A DNA stretch of 64,000 bases from Octopus sinensis (GCF_006345805.1 NC_043012.1:26970001-27034000), one strand, 5' to 3'; shown: positions 24,996 through 38,552, counted from the stretch's first letter. The notes: generated by a model not told the origin, from the sequence alone. Numbers and translations are program-made.

Positions 24996-25590
24996 CTGTT
25001 TGACAGCATTTATGATGTATGTAGAATACAGTGTTAGAGCATTATAAATAAAACACCAATATAATATCTAAACCGTCACCTGCTACCGAGATGTTTGGTG
25101 ATTGGTGGCGTGTACCAAGCTCTCGCTTATTTTTTTAGCTACCTGTCTAATCTCGAGAGACATAGAGACCCCCTCTTTCTCTGTCTGTCTGGCTGTCTGT
25201 CTGTATCTCTCTCTAATAGTCACTTCATCCACTTTTCACTGGGTCAAAGCTAGGAAGAAAGAGGGGGTCTCTATGTCTCCTCGAGATTAGACAGGTAGCT
25301 AAAAGAATAAGCGAGAGCTTGGTACACGCCACCAAATCACCAAACCATCTCCGATAGCAGGTGATGGGTTTAGATATTATATTGGTGTTTTATTTATAAT
25401 GCTCTAACACTGTATTCTACATACATCATAAATGCTGTCAAACAGATATATATATATATATATGTTTAATATTATGTGTGTGTATGACACTGTTTCTCTG
25501 TCTGTCTGTCTGTCTGTATCTCTCTCTAATAGTCACTTCCTCCATTTTTCACTGGGTCAAAGCTAGGAAGAAAGAGAAGGTTTCTATGTC
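24417..25590. repeat. Nested inverted/tandem duplication: F-(TA)n-A-L-A'-(TA)n-A-L-A'-(TA)n-F'-L
   Basis: A 24511-24700, L 24701-24775, A' 24776-24964, A 24996-25180, L, A' 25256-25445, F' 25463-25495, third L 25496-25575. Confidence 0.95.
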
Positions 25591-25599
25591 ACTAATTGG

Positions 25600-25830
25600 C
25601 AGGAATTACCTACCAGACTTTAAGAGACGCCTGAAACAATCTGCCGGCCGGACCTAGTCGTCAGTACCAAGGCGACGCCTTGACTGCCGTATATGTTTCG
25701 GGCCACCAACGTACCATTCAAGTCCAGAATGATCATCTTTACTAGGAGATTCAGACCTTTCCGGAACCACACTGCCATTCTATTCTGTGCTGCGTCAAGG
25801 GCGTAAACCGCATTTGTTTAGGAAACGTAC
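25600..25830 (-). mobile_element. Possible highly decayed L1/Tx1-type endonuclease fragment
   Basis: Minus strand NAVYALDAAQNRMAVWFRKGLNLLVKMIILDLNG weakly resembles the AVYAP...LxGDxN APE motifs; GC is higher than in the flanks. Confidence 0.25.
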
Positions 25831-26560
25831 GAGTGTGTGTGATCTCGAGAAACTCTGATTTTGTTAAGCGCTATTATAATTACATCCAAACCATTCATCA
25901 GGTAACCATAATTCCTTACGCTACCTCAGGTTGCATGCATTCATACACATACATTATGGTGGTGGTGGTGGGGATGCTTTTTGATAAGGGTGACCTTTTG
26001 TTTTGTTACTTCCACTTTACGATGGAGAAGAGAGCCGTGGGAACGGTAGTACCACCACAACAGAAACATCTTGCTTCGGCTTGCTGCCTTCACCTACAAC
26101 CACCATGTTCAATGTACCTTGAATACGGATTAATCTGATAATTTAAAGACGATTATGAGCGTGAATAGCACGAGTGTCCAGTCGATTTCTCAGGTATTTT
26201 TCACGGTAGAGAGATCAATAATCAATAATCAGACCACGTTGTTCTATCATGGTCACCAAAATCCGTCGATCCATCTCTGGTTACATTGGTAGAGCAGGAA
26301 CACACGAGATTCTCACCTTGCTATAAATGATTTCACTGATCGTTTTCTTTTTCTTTTCTTCTTTTTTTTTTGAGATACCAAAATACTCACATTTTTAGGA
26401 AATATTCTACTTGCGATCCTTTCGGGATAGAATGTTGTGGATTCGGTCACTTGTAAGCCATGAAAACTGGATAACCGGTCTTCCGTGTCCTAGGGCTCAA
26501 GTGAGAAATGCAACTGCGCTTTAGTCCATTCTCTTGAAGCATTATCATTCCAAGGTTCCT

Positions 26561-26780
26561 TTAATCCTTTACTATTCAGATTACTCTGTCAAATACAATG
26601 CTTATTTATTCACATTATTTTGAATTATCTTGAAACTTCAAAATTTTGGAAATGTGATACTTTATCTTTATGATGACATTGTAGGGTAGGTATGAGATGT
26701 CTGATCGGGCCAGTTTGCATATAAAAAAGCAAGAAGAATATATTGGCAGGATATGGTCAGTTTAAATGCTAAAAGGTTAA
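26561..26780. mobile_element. piggyBac-type MITE
   Basis: TTAA-tcctttactatt ... aatgctaaaagg-TTAA: TTAA at both ends with imperfect TIR. Confidence 0.6.
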
Positions 26781-26852
26781 ATAAGATTTCAGTCATTTTA
26801 CAAGTTCGTTTTTTTAACTAAAGCGAATTTTCAGTTTAGGAAATGATGATTG

Positions 26853-27246
26853 ACTCTTTTACCCTTTTACTTGTTTCAGTCATTTGACTGTGTCCATGCT
26901 GGAGCACGGCCTTTTTGTCAAACAAATCAACCCCAGGACGTATTCTTTGTAAGCCTAGTACTTATTTCGATCGGTCGCTTTTGCCGAACCGCTAAGTAAC
27001 GGGGACGTAAACACACCAGCATCGGTTGTCAAGCGATGTTGGGGGGGACAAACACATACGCACAAACATACATACACACACACACATATATATACATATA
27101 TACGACGGGCTTCTTTCAGTTTCCGTCTACCAAATCCACTCACAAGGCTTTGGTCGGCCCGAGATTATAGTAGGTTCAGTGGGACTGAACCCGGACCCAT
27201 GTGGTTGGTAAGCAAGCTTCTTACCACACAGTCACTCCTGCGCCTA
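26853..27246 (-). mobile_element. SINE family A (short internal deletion)
   Basis: Similarity to the other family A copies. Confidence 0.9.
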
Positions 27247-27528
27247 CTTGCGTAAATTCATTACATTACTTGGTGTTATTGCTGTTTCTGGTTTTATTAT
27301 AAAACGTAGCAAGCAAGCATAGTTGCTAGGGTAACAGAAAAATGAAAAAATAAAAGCTTTACCGTATTTCTCCAAAACTTCATATTTTGAGTTCAAATCC
27401 GGCCGAATTCAACATTGCCTTTCATCCTTTCAGTGTTGATAAAAATAAAGTACCAATCAAATACTGATGTCCATGATATCAACTGCTTCCCCGTCCCCTC
27501 GAAATTATTGGTCTTATTCCTAAGTTAG

Positions 27529-27831
27529 GTGGACGCACATGGCCTAGTGGTTAGAGCAGCGGACTCGCGGTCGAGGGATCGCGGGTTCGAATCTCAGACC
27601 GGGCGATGTGTGTGTTTATGAGCAAAACACCTAAACTCCACGCGGCTCCGGCAGAAGGTAATGGCGAACTTCTGCTGACTCTTTCGCCACAACTTTGTCT
27701 CACTCTTTCCTCCTGCATCTTGCAGCTCACCTGCGATGGACCGGCTTCCCGTCCAGGTGGGGAACCTATACGCCAAGGTAACCGGGAAACCGGCCCTTAT
27801 GAGCCAGGCATGGCTCAAGAAGGAACAAACA
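27529..27831 (+). mobile_element. tRNA-derived SINE family D with 13-bp TSD
   Basis: Head shared with family C (tggcctagtggttagagcagcggactcg..ggttcgaatc), different 3' half; TSD attcctaagttag at 27516-27528 and 27832-27844. Confidence 0.9.
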
Positions 27832-29019
27832 ATTCCTAAGTTAGAACCCATTATTGTTATCTCCATTGTGTCGCTGCTATTTGTATCTTCTTTATTTTTT
27901 ATTGTTTCGTTTAGTGTTAATGTGTTGTTTTTGTTCTTGTTGTTTTTGTTCTTGTTGTTTTCTGTTTTCCGTCGTTGATTTTTCTTGTAATTTTTCTTGT
28001 TATAGATGTCACCTGTTTTGTTCGACTTTTCGTTGACATTCACACCGTTTTTGTTGTTTATATTAACTTTAATTTTATACTTCCCATTCCTCTTGTGTTA
28101 GTGTTGTTTCCGCGGCTTATTATGGTTCTGTCGTTATTGTAATTTTCACTGTAGTTTTCTTTTTACTCCCGTGTTACAACATAATTTTACTACTGCTATT
28201 GGAGGAAACACCTGCGCATTTATAATATTTCTCAAAAACAAATCTTCGTAAAATGTCAGTTTTCCGCTTCAACAAGTAAGCAAAATATTCGAGGCAAACG
28301 ACTATTTTAGTTTTATTGTAATATCAAGCCTGCATACCACCGCTCCTCCTTTGAACACCAAACTTGTTGACATTTCTGATGAAAAGAAAAAGAGAATTTT
28401 CTTCATCGGTGACAGACGACAAGAAAAATTTAACTACGTCTCCACAAATTAATCGAAAATTTCAGATTTAAATTTTCTTCCCCGAGAATGTCTTAAAATG
28501 ATAATGATAAAAGTTCCAAATGTCCTCTGAAAACTATACAAAACACTTTGTAAACTTATTAACTACATTCACGCTTTCCGCATGAAACAGAAAAGGCACA
28601 GATACATACAATAGAGACACTACACATACATTTTACTGCTTCATTCTGCGCCCAAAACCAAATAGCGACAATACGCAGGTATCAAATATAGAAGGGTGAT
28701 AACTGTAATCTAAAAGTCACTTTAAATTCATAGAAACCAGTTAATTTAAGATGTATTCTGAAATCCCAAAAGAAAGTAAAACATAAAATTTGGAATGCGC
28801 AATGTAAACACATTTATTATTAAAACGCGTAATGTATAACGAAAAGAGAAACTCTGAACTCAAAACAAATGTGTAAAACAGAAACATTGAAAAGTTAAAT
28901 GTAAATAATACTCCGTGGCAGTAATCTGGGATATGATATCAAGAATAATTGGCTGGTTGTTGCTACTAGAGGTGAAGGGGAAAGGATTCCTTCCTTAATC
29001 GAATAATTAATCCCAACTT

Positions 29020-29872
29020 TAAAGTATGGAAGGCCAGCGGTGCCAAAATCACAAAGTATGGAAAGTCAGCGGTGCCAAAATCACAAAGTATGGAAAGCCA
29101 GCGGTGCCAAAATAAATCACAGAAAGTAGAGAAAACTAGCAATGCCAAAATCACAAACTATGGAAACCTAGCGGTGCCTAAATCACAATGTATGGCATTC
29201 TGGGGAAAATTTTCGGTGAAAATTTTCGAAAAATTTTTGGGAAAAATTTTCGGTGAAAATTTTCGAAAAATTTTTGGGGAAAATTTTCGGTGAAAATTTT
29301 CGAAAACTTTTTGGGGAAAATTTTCGGTGAATATTTTGGAAAAATTTTGGGGGAAATTTTTCGAAAAATCACAAGACCAGCGGTGTCAAAATCACAAAGT
29401 ATGGAAGGCCAGCGGTGCCAAAATCACAAAGTATGGAAGGCCAGCGGTGCCAAAATCACAAAGTATGGAAAGCCAGTGGTGCCAAAATCACAAAGTATGG
29501 AAGGCCAGCGGTGCCAAAATCACAGAAAGTATGGAAAATTAGCAATGCCAAAATCATAAAGTATGGAAACCTAGCGGTACCAAAATCACAAAGTATGGCT
29601 TTCCATACTTTGTGATTTTTTGCACTGCTGGCTTTCCTTACCTTGTGATTTCGGCACTGCTAGGTTTCCATATTTTGTGATTTTGGCACCGCTGGCTTTC
29701 CATACTTTGGGGAAATTTTTCGGCAAAAATTTTCGGGGAAAAATTTTTGGGGAAAGTTTTCGAAACATTTTTGGGAAAATTTTCGAAAAATTTTTGGGTA
29801 AAGTTTTCGGTGAAAATTTTCGAAAAATTTTTGGGAAAATATTTGAAAAATTTTTGGGTAAAATTTTCGGTG
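29020..29872. repeat. Composite satellite: 32-bp module M alternating with ~37-bp A/T-tract module T, plus an inverted M block
   Basis: M = gcggtgccaaaatcacaaagtatggaaggcca; T = ggggaaaattttcggtgaaaattttcgaaaaattttt; order M(+) T(+) M(+) M(-) T(+). Confidence 0.9.
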
Positions 29873-30739
29873 GATTTGAAAACAGAGATGACCTGAGTGA
29901 GTCGAATGAAAATGGAGACAATTCTTAATAAGAAAAAGTGGTTGGGGAATAATCAAAATATAACATTCAGATAAGTTTCTCGCTTCGTAGAAGTGTTTGA
30001 TTAATAGCTCTCAATCTATGCTGACGATTTCTGAAAAGAATGAAATCGTGCTGAATATGATTTTCACCGACCAGAAAAAAGAAGTAAGCAACAAAAGAAA
30101 TTAAGAAGAAAAAACAACTAAAGGAATTAAATATGTGAATTCTTTACGGGTTCTGTCCCTTATAATTCCTTAGTTTCAAATTCAGACTTCTCATCCCGCT
30201 AATTATTATGAAGAATTCATTACTCCACTTGTATTAACTTAAGTACACCGCGTATTTAGATAAATATATAGCCAAAAGCTAAGACTTTTAAATACATACA
30301 ACATACAAAATACTTACGGTGTAGAACTGCGTCCATAGAATAAAAAACACCAAACCAGAAAACAAAATACTGTACACACCCAAAGCGCATAAAACTGCGC
30401 TCAGTAGTGGAAGCGAAAGCATACAATAAAAATGAAAATAGTGAAATAATTACTATAATAATTACAATAATAATAATGAATTTTATTTGCCTCATAGGCG
30501 ACGGATTGTAATTTTGTAGAAGCAGTTATATTTTAATGTCATAGTTGGTATTTTTAGAGATTTTTCTTTTTTCTTTACTGCGTTTTCAATTGTTTTTAAT
30601 ACTCAATAATACTCAATTAATTAATTCAAATTTATTCTAATATATTCAGTATTCCAGTTTTAACAATGAAGTCGACATATTCAATACAAATGCTTATCTC
30701 GGCTACACATTGCGTTAGTACACTTCGGTTGCCTTCACT

Positions 30740-31830
30740 ATGGTGGTGATGGGGGGTGAAGGTGGTGGTGAAGGTGGTAGTGAAGGTGGTGGTGGTGGAA
30801 GTGGTGTTGGTTATGGTGGCGGTGGTGGTGGTGGTTGCGACGGTGGGGTCAGATACTAATAGCATTTCCGTGCTGATAGAATTTGGTGGTGGAAGCGGGG
30901 GTGACGGCGGCGGTGGCTGTAGCCGCGGCGGTGGCGGCAGTGGAAGCAGCGGCAGCAGGGCAGCGGCGGTGACAGTGTTTCGTTTGTGTTGGTGACGGTG
31001 ACAACTGCGATGGCGGCGGCTGCGACGGAGATGGTAGCCATAACGATGGTGGTGGTGGTGGTGGTATGAGAGTTGTTGGCGATGGTGATTGTTATGGTGC
31101 CAGCAGAAATTGTAGCGGTGGGGTTGTGCCGATGGTGGTCTTAATTGTGGTGATGGTAATGATGGTGAATAGTAGTGGTAATGGTAATGAAGTTGGTGGT
31201 AGGGGTATGGATGGTGTTGATGTCAGTGGTAGTAGTGATGATCAAAATAATGGTGGCAAGGGTTGTTATTCTGATGGTAACTTTAAGGAAGGTGAATAGC
31301 AGTGATGGTGGTGGTAGTGATAGTGGTGGCGGTAGTAGTGGTGGCTGTGGATTTGGTGGTTATAGTGGTGATGGTGATGGTAATTATAGTGGTGGTGGCA
31401 TTGGCGGCGGCGTCGGCGGTGGTGGTGATGGTGATGGTGGTAGTGATGGTGGTTGTGGATGTGGCGGTTGTAGTTGGTGATGGTGCTGGCAATTATAGAG
31501 GTGGTGGTGGTGGTGGTGGTGGTGGCGGATGCAGTATTAGTGGTGGTTGTGTTAATGACGGTGGTGTGGTGGTGGTGGTGGCGGATGCAGTATTAGTGGT
31601 GGTTGTGTTAATGACGGTGGTGGGGTGGTTTTGGCGATGGCATAACAATGGCAGTGATGACGATGGTGATGATGATGATGAGGATGGTGATGAGGGTGGT
31701 GATGAGGATGGTGATGATGTCGAAGATAAGGAAAATGATATTGATCATGATTATCACAATGATGATCACGATGATGACGGTGATAGCGAGGGGGTGGTAT
31801 CGGTAATAACGGTGATTATAATGATATTGA
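30740..31830. repeat. Degenerate (GGT/GGC/GAT)n low-complexity tract
   Basis: Directly visible; generates spurious poly-V/G/D/T ORFs. Confidence 0.9.
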
Positions 31831-32029
31831 AAGAGGAGGGGGAAGAGAAGGACGAAGTGGGTGAAGTTAAAATTCACAATAAAATGAATAACAAAACCAA
31901 TAATGATGCTAGAATGATGTTCGATTAACATCGAATTGGTATTTCTGCAACTTTTCCTTTAATTCCAATCATTATACTGTTCTGCCAATTTCCAACTCAT
32001 CGAATATCGCTATGTATATGAATATATAG

Positions 32030-33326
32030 TTATATGTGCATGAGTATGTATGTATGTATGTATGTATGTATGTATGTTTGTATGTTTACATTTATGTGCG
32101 TGTATGTGTGTATGTGTGTATTTGCTTTCGTCAGTGAACGTCTGCATATTTGCGTGTGTACATATGTTTGTATGTATGCATGTATGTTTGTATATGTGTG
32201 CGTATATATATATTATGTATGTATGTATGTTTGTATGTACGTATGTATGTATGTGCGTGTATGTATGAATGTATGTATGTATGTATGTATATATGTATGT
32301 ATGTATGTATGTATATACGTATATATGTATGCATGTGTGTATGTATGTATCTATGGATGTATGTATATGCATGTAGTGGGTATGCATGCATGTATGTATA
32401 CATGTGTGTATATATATATGTATGTTCGCACGTATGTATATGCACGTATGTGTGTATGCATGTATGTATATATGTGTGTACATATGTATATATGTATGTG
32501 GATATGCATGTATGTACGTACGTATGCATATGTAGGTATGTATTCATGTATGTATCTATCTATTTATGTATGTGTGTATATGCATGTGTGCATGTATGTA
32601 TGCATGCGTGTATGTATGTATGTATGTATCTATGAATGTGTGTGCGCACGTTTCTATGTATGTGTATATGTATGTGTAGGTGTATGTGCGAGTGTATACC
32701 AGTACCAGTTTGTGTTTGTGTGTGACTCCTTCTGTACATAACTATGTTTGCAATATGTGTGTGTGTATGTATGTATGTATGTATGTATGTATGTTTGTAC
32801 GTATGTATGTATGTATGTATGTATGTATGTATGTATGTTTGTACGTATGTATGTATGTATGCATGTATGTATGTATGTGTATGTATGTATGTATGTATGT
32901 ATGTATGTGTATGTATGTTGTACGTATGTATGTATGTATGTATGTAGTATGTATGTATGTATGTATGTTTGTACGTATGTATGTATGTATGCATGTATGT
33001 ATGTATGTATGTATGTATGTATGTATGTATGTATGTTTGTACGTATGTATGTATGTATGTATGTATGTATGTATGTTTGTACGTATGTATGTATGTATGT
33101 ATGTATGTATGTTTGTACGTATGTATGTATGTATGTATGTATGTATGTATGTTTATACGTATGTATGTATGTATGTATGTATGCATGTATGTATGTATGC
33201 ATGTATGTATGTATGTATGTATGTATGTATGTATGTTTGTAGTATTATGTATGTATGTATGCATGCATGCATGTATGTATGTATGCATGCATGTATGTAT
33301 GTATGTATGTATGTATGTATGTATGT
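32030..33326. repeat. ~1.3 kb (TATG)n microsatellite
   Basis: Directly visible; followed by a family A SINE 3' half (33327-33512). Confidence 0.95.
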
Positions 33327-33809
33327 CTCTGTTTGCTAGTCACCATCGCTTGACAACCGATATTAGTGTGTTTACGTCCCCGTATCATAGCGGTTCGGCA
33401 AAAGAGATGAACAGACTAAATATTAGGCTGACAAAGAATATGTCGATTTGTTCGACTCAAGACGGTGCTCCAGCATGGGCACTGTCAAATGACTGAATCA
33501 AGTAAAAGAATATATGTATGTGTATAAATATATGTGTTTGTGCGCATGCATGTGGTTTGGTGTGTATGTGTATGTGTGTCAGTATGTATGTTTAAATTTA
33601 TGTGCGTGTATGTGTGTATTTGCTTTCGTCAGTGAACGTCTGCATATTTGCGTGTGTACATATGTTTATTTATCTGAATGTATATACGCATGTGTGTGTA
33701 GTTCGGTATATATAGACGTATGTGAGTGTGTGTATATTTAGGTGTATATGTATGCGTTTATTCCTGCCACTCTGTTTTAGGCAGCAAACATCTATGTCCG
33801 TGTGTGTGT

Positions 33810-33853
<44 letters not shown>

Positions 33854-34203
33854 GTATATATATTTGTCGATCTCAATGAATTTGTATATGTATGTGTGTC
33901 TGTGTTTTGGCATATATAGACGTTAGTATGTGTATGTACGCGTATTTTTGTACCAATTTGTTTTCCTCAATGGGCTTCTTTGTGTGTGTGTATATGTGTG
34001 CATCTGTGTGGTTGTGTATACGTGTGCATGTGTGCATGTGTGTCTGTCTGTGTGTGCGTGTGTTTGTTTCTCTGATTATCAGGAGAAAATTACAGGTGAG
34101 AGAATACTACATGATCCATTCACTGTTACAGTAATCAATCACATACCTGACAGATTTCGAGTATGTATGTATGTATGTATGTATGTACATATGTTGTATG
34201 TAC

Positions 34204-34295
<92 letters not shown>

Positions 34296-34611
34296 TTGTG
34301 TCTTACATGTAAATAGTATATGGCTTTGTATGTGCAGATATATGTGTGTATGTGTGTGTGTACATATAAATGATATGTGTGTGTGCGTGCGTACGTGTGT
34401 ATGTATGTACAGACAGTAATATTGGTGTATTTATGTATTTGTGTCTACATACATATAAAATGTATACATGCACGTAGTTATATATGTGTGTGCTGAGCGT
34501 ATGAGTATGTGTGTATGCATACAGGAATGTAGTATGTAGGTAGGTATATATGTATATACATATATATATATATACATATATATATTATTATATATATATA
34601 ATATATATATA

Positions 34612-34657
<46 letters not shown>

Positions 34658-34929
34658 TACATGTATGTACGTATGTATGTGAAAATAGACTAATAACAGA
34701 GGATGGGTAAATGCCAGCTCATTACAGCTGTTTCTAACGCATTTTTGAATAGAAGAATGAGTACATTACATCACTCCAAAAAAAACGTAATCATCAGATG
34801 AAACATAAGTTCAAGACAATAGAATATCCAAAGAACAGAGTGAGAACATACATGAAGCATATATGTATGACTTTATTTGTGTGTTTTATGTGTCTATATA
34901 CTTACATACATAAGTACATTCACATAGGA

Positions 34930-35200
34930 CCACTCTGTCGGTTATGTCGACGAGGGTCCTAGCTGATACGATCAACGGTAGATCTTACTCGTGAAATTAA
35001 TTTGCCAGTGACTGAGCACTCCACAGACATGTGTACCCTTAATGTAGTTCTTAGGAAGATTCAGCATGACACAGAGTGTGACAAGGCCGGCCATTTGAAA
35101 TACAGGTACTACTCATTTTTGCCAGCTGAGTGAACTGGAGCAACGTGGAATATAGTGTCTTACTCAAGGACACATCGCGTCGCCGGGGATTGAACTCTGG
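34930..35200 (-). mobile_element. Older SINE related to family C (shared 3' half, different 5' half)
   Basis: ..cgacgagggt..tcgtgaaattaa..gagcactccacagaca..tttgaaatacaggtac matches family C; continues into ctcaaggacac..gggattgaac. Confidence 0.75.
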
Positions 35201-35287
35201 ACCTTACAAGAGACAGATATAAAAAGAGAGACAGACATAGATAGAGAGACTGACAGATAGAGAGACAGACAGAAAAGAGACAGACAT

Positions 35288-35335
<48 letters not shown>

Positions 35336-35661
35336 GATAGATAGATAGATGGATAGGTATCTGTTTATGCGAGTGTATATGCGTATATAGAACATGATAA
35401 ACGCTTTATTTTATTGAACCCTCATTTGTTGATCACAAGAGAATCCAACGTGTATGTGTGTATGTATTAATATAAATGTCGTATTCCAATAAATAAACTT
35501 ATTTTCAATTTTAAATATTATATTGAAATTAATGTCACAATATTTTAGCATATACGTATATGTATGCTTGTATATGTACCGTTCTCCTCAATATTTATAT
35601 ATATGTATATGTATATACATACGTGCATATATATATAAGTATATACACGTAAGCGTCGAGA

Positions 35662-35732
<71 letters not shown>

Positions 35733-37849
35733 TGTGTATACACATAAATATCATACACGTATATCCATAGAGAGAGCGAAAGGAGGAGAGAGAGAGACCA
35801 ACAGTGGAGCGAGAGAGGAGAGAGAGAGATGCATACACCGATATATTAATAAAGTGAATGCTATATTTTGTAGGTATCGCTCTTCCAATACAATTCTCAT
35901 TAAAATTATGCACATTGCTATTTCCATAAATACATAAATATATAGATATCCATTTATGCATATGTCTGTTTTATATATACATATATGTATATATATATTA
36001 TTGCCTCCACATTTACTTTCTGTCATTTAATCATAAATCTTCTGCAGCAGGACTTCATCTAATATCAGTCATTGTTGCTTTCACATGTGACATCCTACCT
36101 CATTTTCTTCTCTCTATAAATAATTATATTCATAATATTGCATGAAGCAGGGGGGGGGAAAGCCGAGCTTAATTAAGATACTCTTGCTGTAGTTGGGTTC
36201 TTCACTCAAGGTGCTGAGATCAAATTCCAGTGAAACATTGTCTGAATATAAGATGCTATGTCGGAATGATCTTATAGTGAGTGCATGTTAGTATACTTGT
36301 CCTTCTGATCGATCTTGGCAACAGACAGTGAAACATCTAACAGAATTCGTTCAGTAATTCTCTCCGGCTGTCCTCAGTTTCAAATCCCATCGAGCTCATT
36401 TTTACTTTTCATTCTTTTGTGGTGGATATAAACGTATTAATCCAGTGCACTGGATTAACGGAATTGCAAGAATGTCAGATCAAGTACTCTGTGGTATTTG
36501 TTTTCGTCTCTCTACGTTCTGAGTTCAAATTCCGCCAAATACTATTTAAGTCGTAGACGTAACGCACCGCCCTGCTTAACATTACTATCTGGCATCTTGG
36601 ATGCTTTGAACGAACTCCAGTCTGCTCTGGGAGTGAGGCACCTATTAGCTTTTGCTAAAGCGTGTCTAAACCGGCTTCAGACCCAGGCTACTTCTGCTCT
36701 GATAATCGGCAGTGACTTGGTTAGCGAATTCTCTTCGACGACCGACAATCGACGGCAGGATGAGCTGTCCCGAAGCTTGTATACATGTGACCGGTGACTT
36801 CATGTGAACTTGTATTCTCGCTGAAACTCCGAACATGAGTCGTTAGTCGGAACCGGCTCAACCAACCCCTGTCGAATGCCGCCGCAAGTGCAAATAAGAA
36901 ATCCAATCTGTTGTGAGCAAAAACTCGCCAACAACGAACAACGTCAGATTCCAGAAAGCACTGTTTCCATAGCACAACCAATCCCATTTCTGAGGATGGC
37001 CGTAAAACTCACATAGTCCCCAACACCAGCACTAGACTCAGTGATCAGACAACCGTGATCATCCACCCTGTAGCACTACGCCCATCGTCATACAGCAATG
37101 AGAAAAGAATGGATGAAGTAAACATAAGGTGACCACAAGAAAAGGTAAAAAAAAAATCGAAGAAAACAGTCGTCGAGGCATTTGCTTCGACTTCTTGCGT
37201 TCAAATCCTACCGAGTCAAATCTGAGTTCAAATTTATATGTACGAGTATTACTTAGCATACCAGCATCGTAATCTTCATAGACCAATTCCGAAATGCTTC
37301 TAGCGACGGCTATACTTGAGAAGGAGGAAGCAGTCATAATGTATGTATGTATTTATATCATCTGATTTAGGATAACCGTGTCCAGCTTTCTCCTTTGCCA
37401 AACATACTCAAGCATTAAAATATTAGGTGCCACCGTTTTGTTTGTTTGTTTGAGTCTCTCATGTGGATTGAGTCTCTGATGTGGACACACAAAAAGTTAC
37501 TGAAGCTTAGAAGTCCAAATTTTATAATCAATGTTTACGAAACAAGCCAAATCGTTGTTTGATTTTTCTCTACACAGTTCTGTCTTTTATTATAAATTAG
37601 TTAAAATATTTACAAAGCAGTTAAAACTATGTGTCTGCAAGTTACACAAAAATGGAAATCACTAACTAAATTTTATCTTTTATGATAAATTAATTAAAAT
37701 ATTAACTAAGCTGTTAAACTCAGTCAAACAGGCTGTCATATATTTATGTTTAACATCCTAGAGTTTTACTTTTGTGTTTGTGATTCTTTGTGCTTGTAAT
37801 TATAAGCAGCTTCTCATAAGCGTTGCTGAATGGTAAAGAAATTCGCTTT

Positions 37850-38285
37850 ATGGTAAATTCGCTGAATGGGCAAGAAATTCGCATTAAGTCGGCGAGCTGG
37901 CAGGGCGAAATGCTTTGCGGCATTTCGTCTTCCGCTACGTTCCGAGTTCAAATTCCGCCGAGGTTGACTTTGCCTTTCATCCTTTCGGGGGTCGATAAAA
38001 AAAAGTACCAGTTACGCACTGGGGTCGATATAATCGACTTAATCCATTTTCTGTCCTTGTTTGTCCTCTCTGTGTTTAGCCCCTTGTAGGTTGTAAAGAA
38101 ATAGGTATTTCGTCTGTCATTACGTTCTGAGTTCAAATTCCGCCGAGGTCGACTTTGCTTTTCATCCTTTCGGGGTCGATAAATTAAGTACCAGTTACTC
38201 ACGGGGTCGATGTAATCAACTTAATCCCTTTGTCTGTCCTTGTTTGTCTCCTCTATGTTTAGCTCCTTGTGGGCAATAAAGAAAA
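37850..38285 (+). mobile_element. SINE family B dimer with 5' leader
   Basis: Two body units; flanking aattcgctttat(g/a)gt repeats (~37839 and ~38292) look like a TSD. Confidence 0.85.
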
Positions 38286-38503
38286 AAGGAATTCGCTTTA
38301 TAGTTATGAGAGCCAAGTTCTATCCAGCTGCGTAATACTGTGGGCCAGTGTCTCTTGCTACAGCCTATAGCCTCAGACCGATCCGAACTCAGTGTGTGTG
38401 TGTGTGTGTACATATATATATATGTATGTATATACATGTGTGTGTACATATATATATATATGTATGTATATATATATATGTGTGTGGTGTACATATATAT
38501 ATA

Positions 38504-38552
<49 letters not shown>

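Noticed and set aside
27529-27600. tRNA-like cloverleaf heads (also 48227 and 56265)
   Set aside because: They continue into SINE bodies with TSDs and lack an acceptor-stem partner; they are SINE heads, not tRNA genes.
29200-29368. GAA/TTC arrays as heat-shock elements
   Set aside because: Spacing is GAA-4nt-TTC or TTCGAA, not the nGAAnnTTCn pentamer phase.
29024-29597. Regular 32-bp repeats as a CRISPR array
   Set aside because: Head-to-tail units with no unique spacers, in a eukaryotic context.
30632-31931. Gly/Val/Asp-rich ORFs
   Set aside because: Degenerate trinucleotide tract open in several frames on both strands; no splice signals or family motif.
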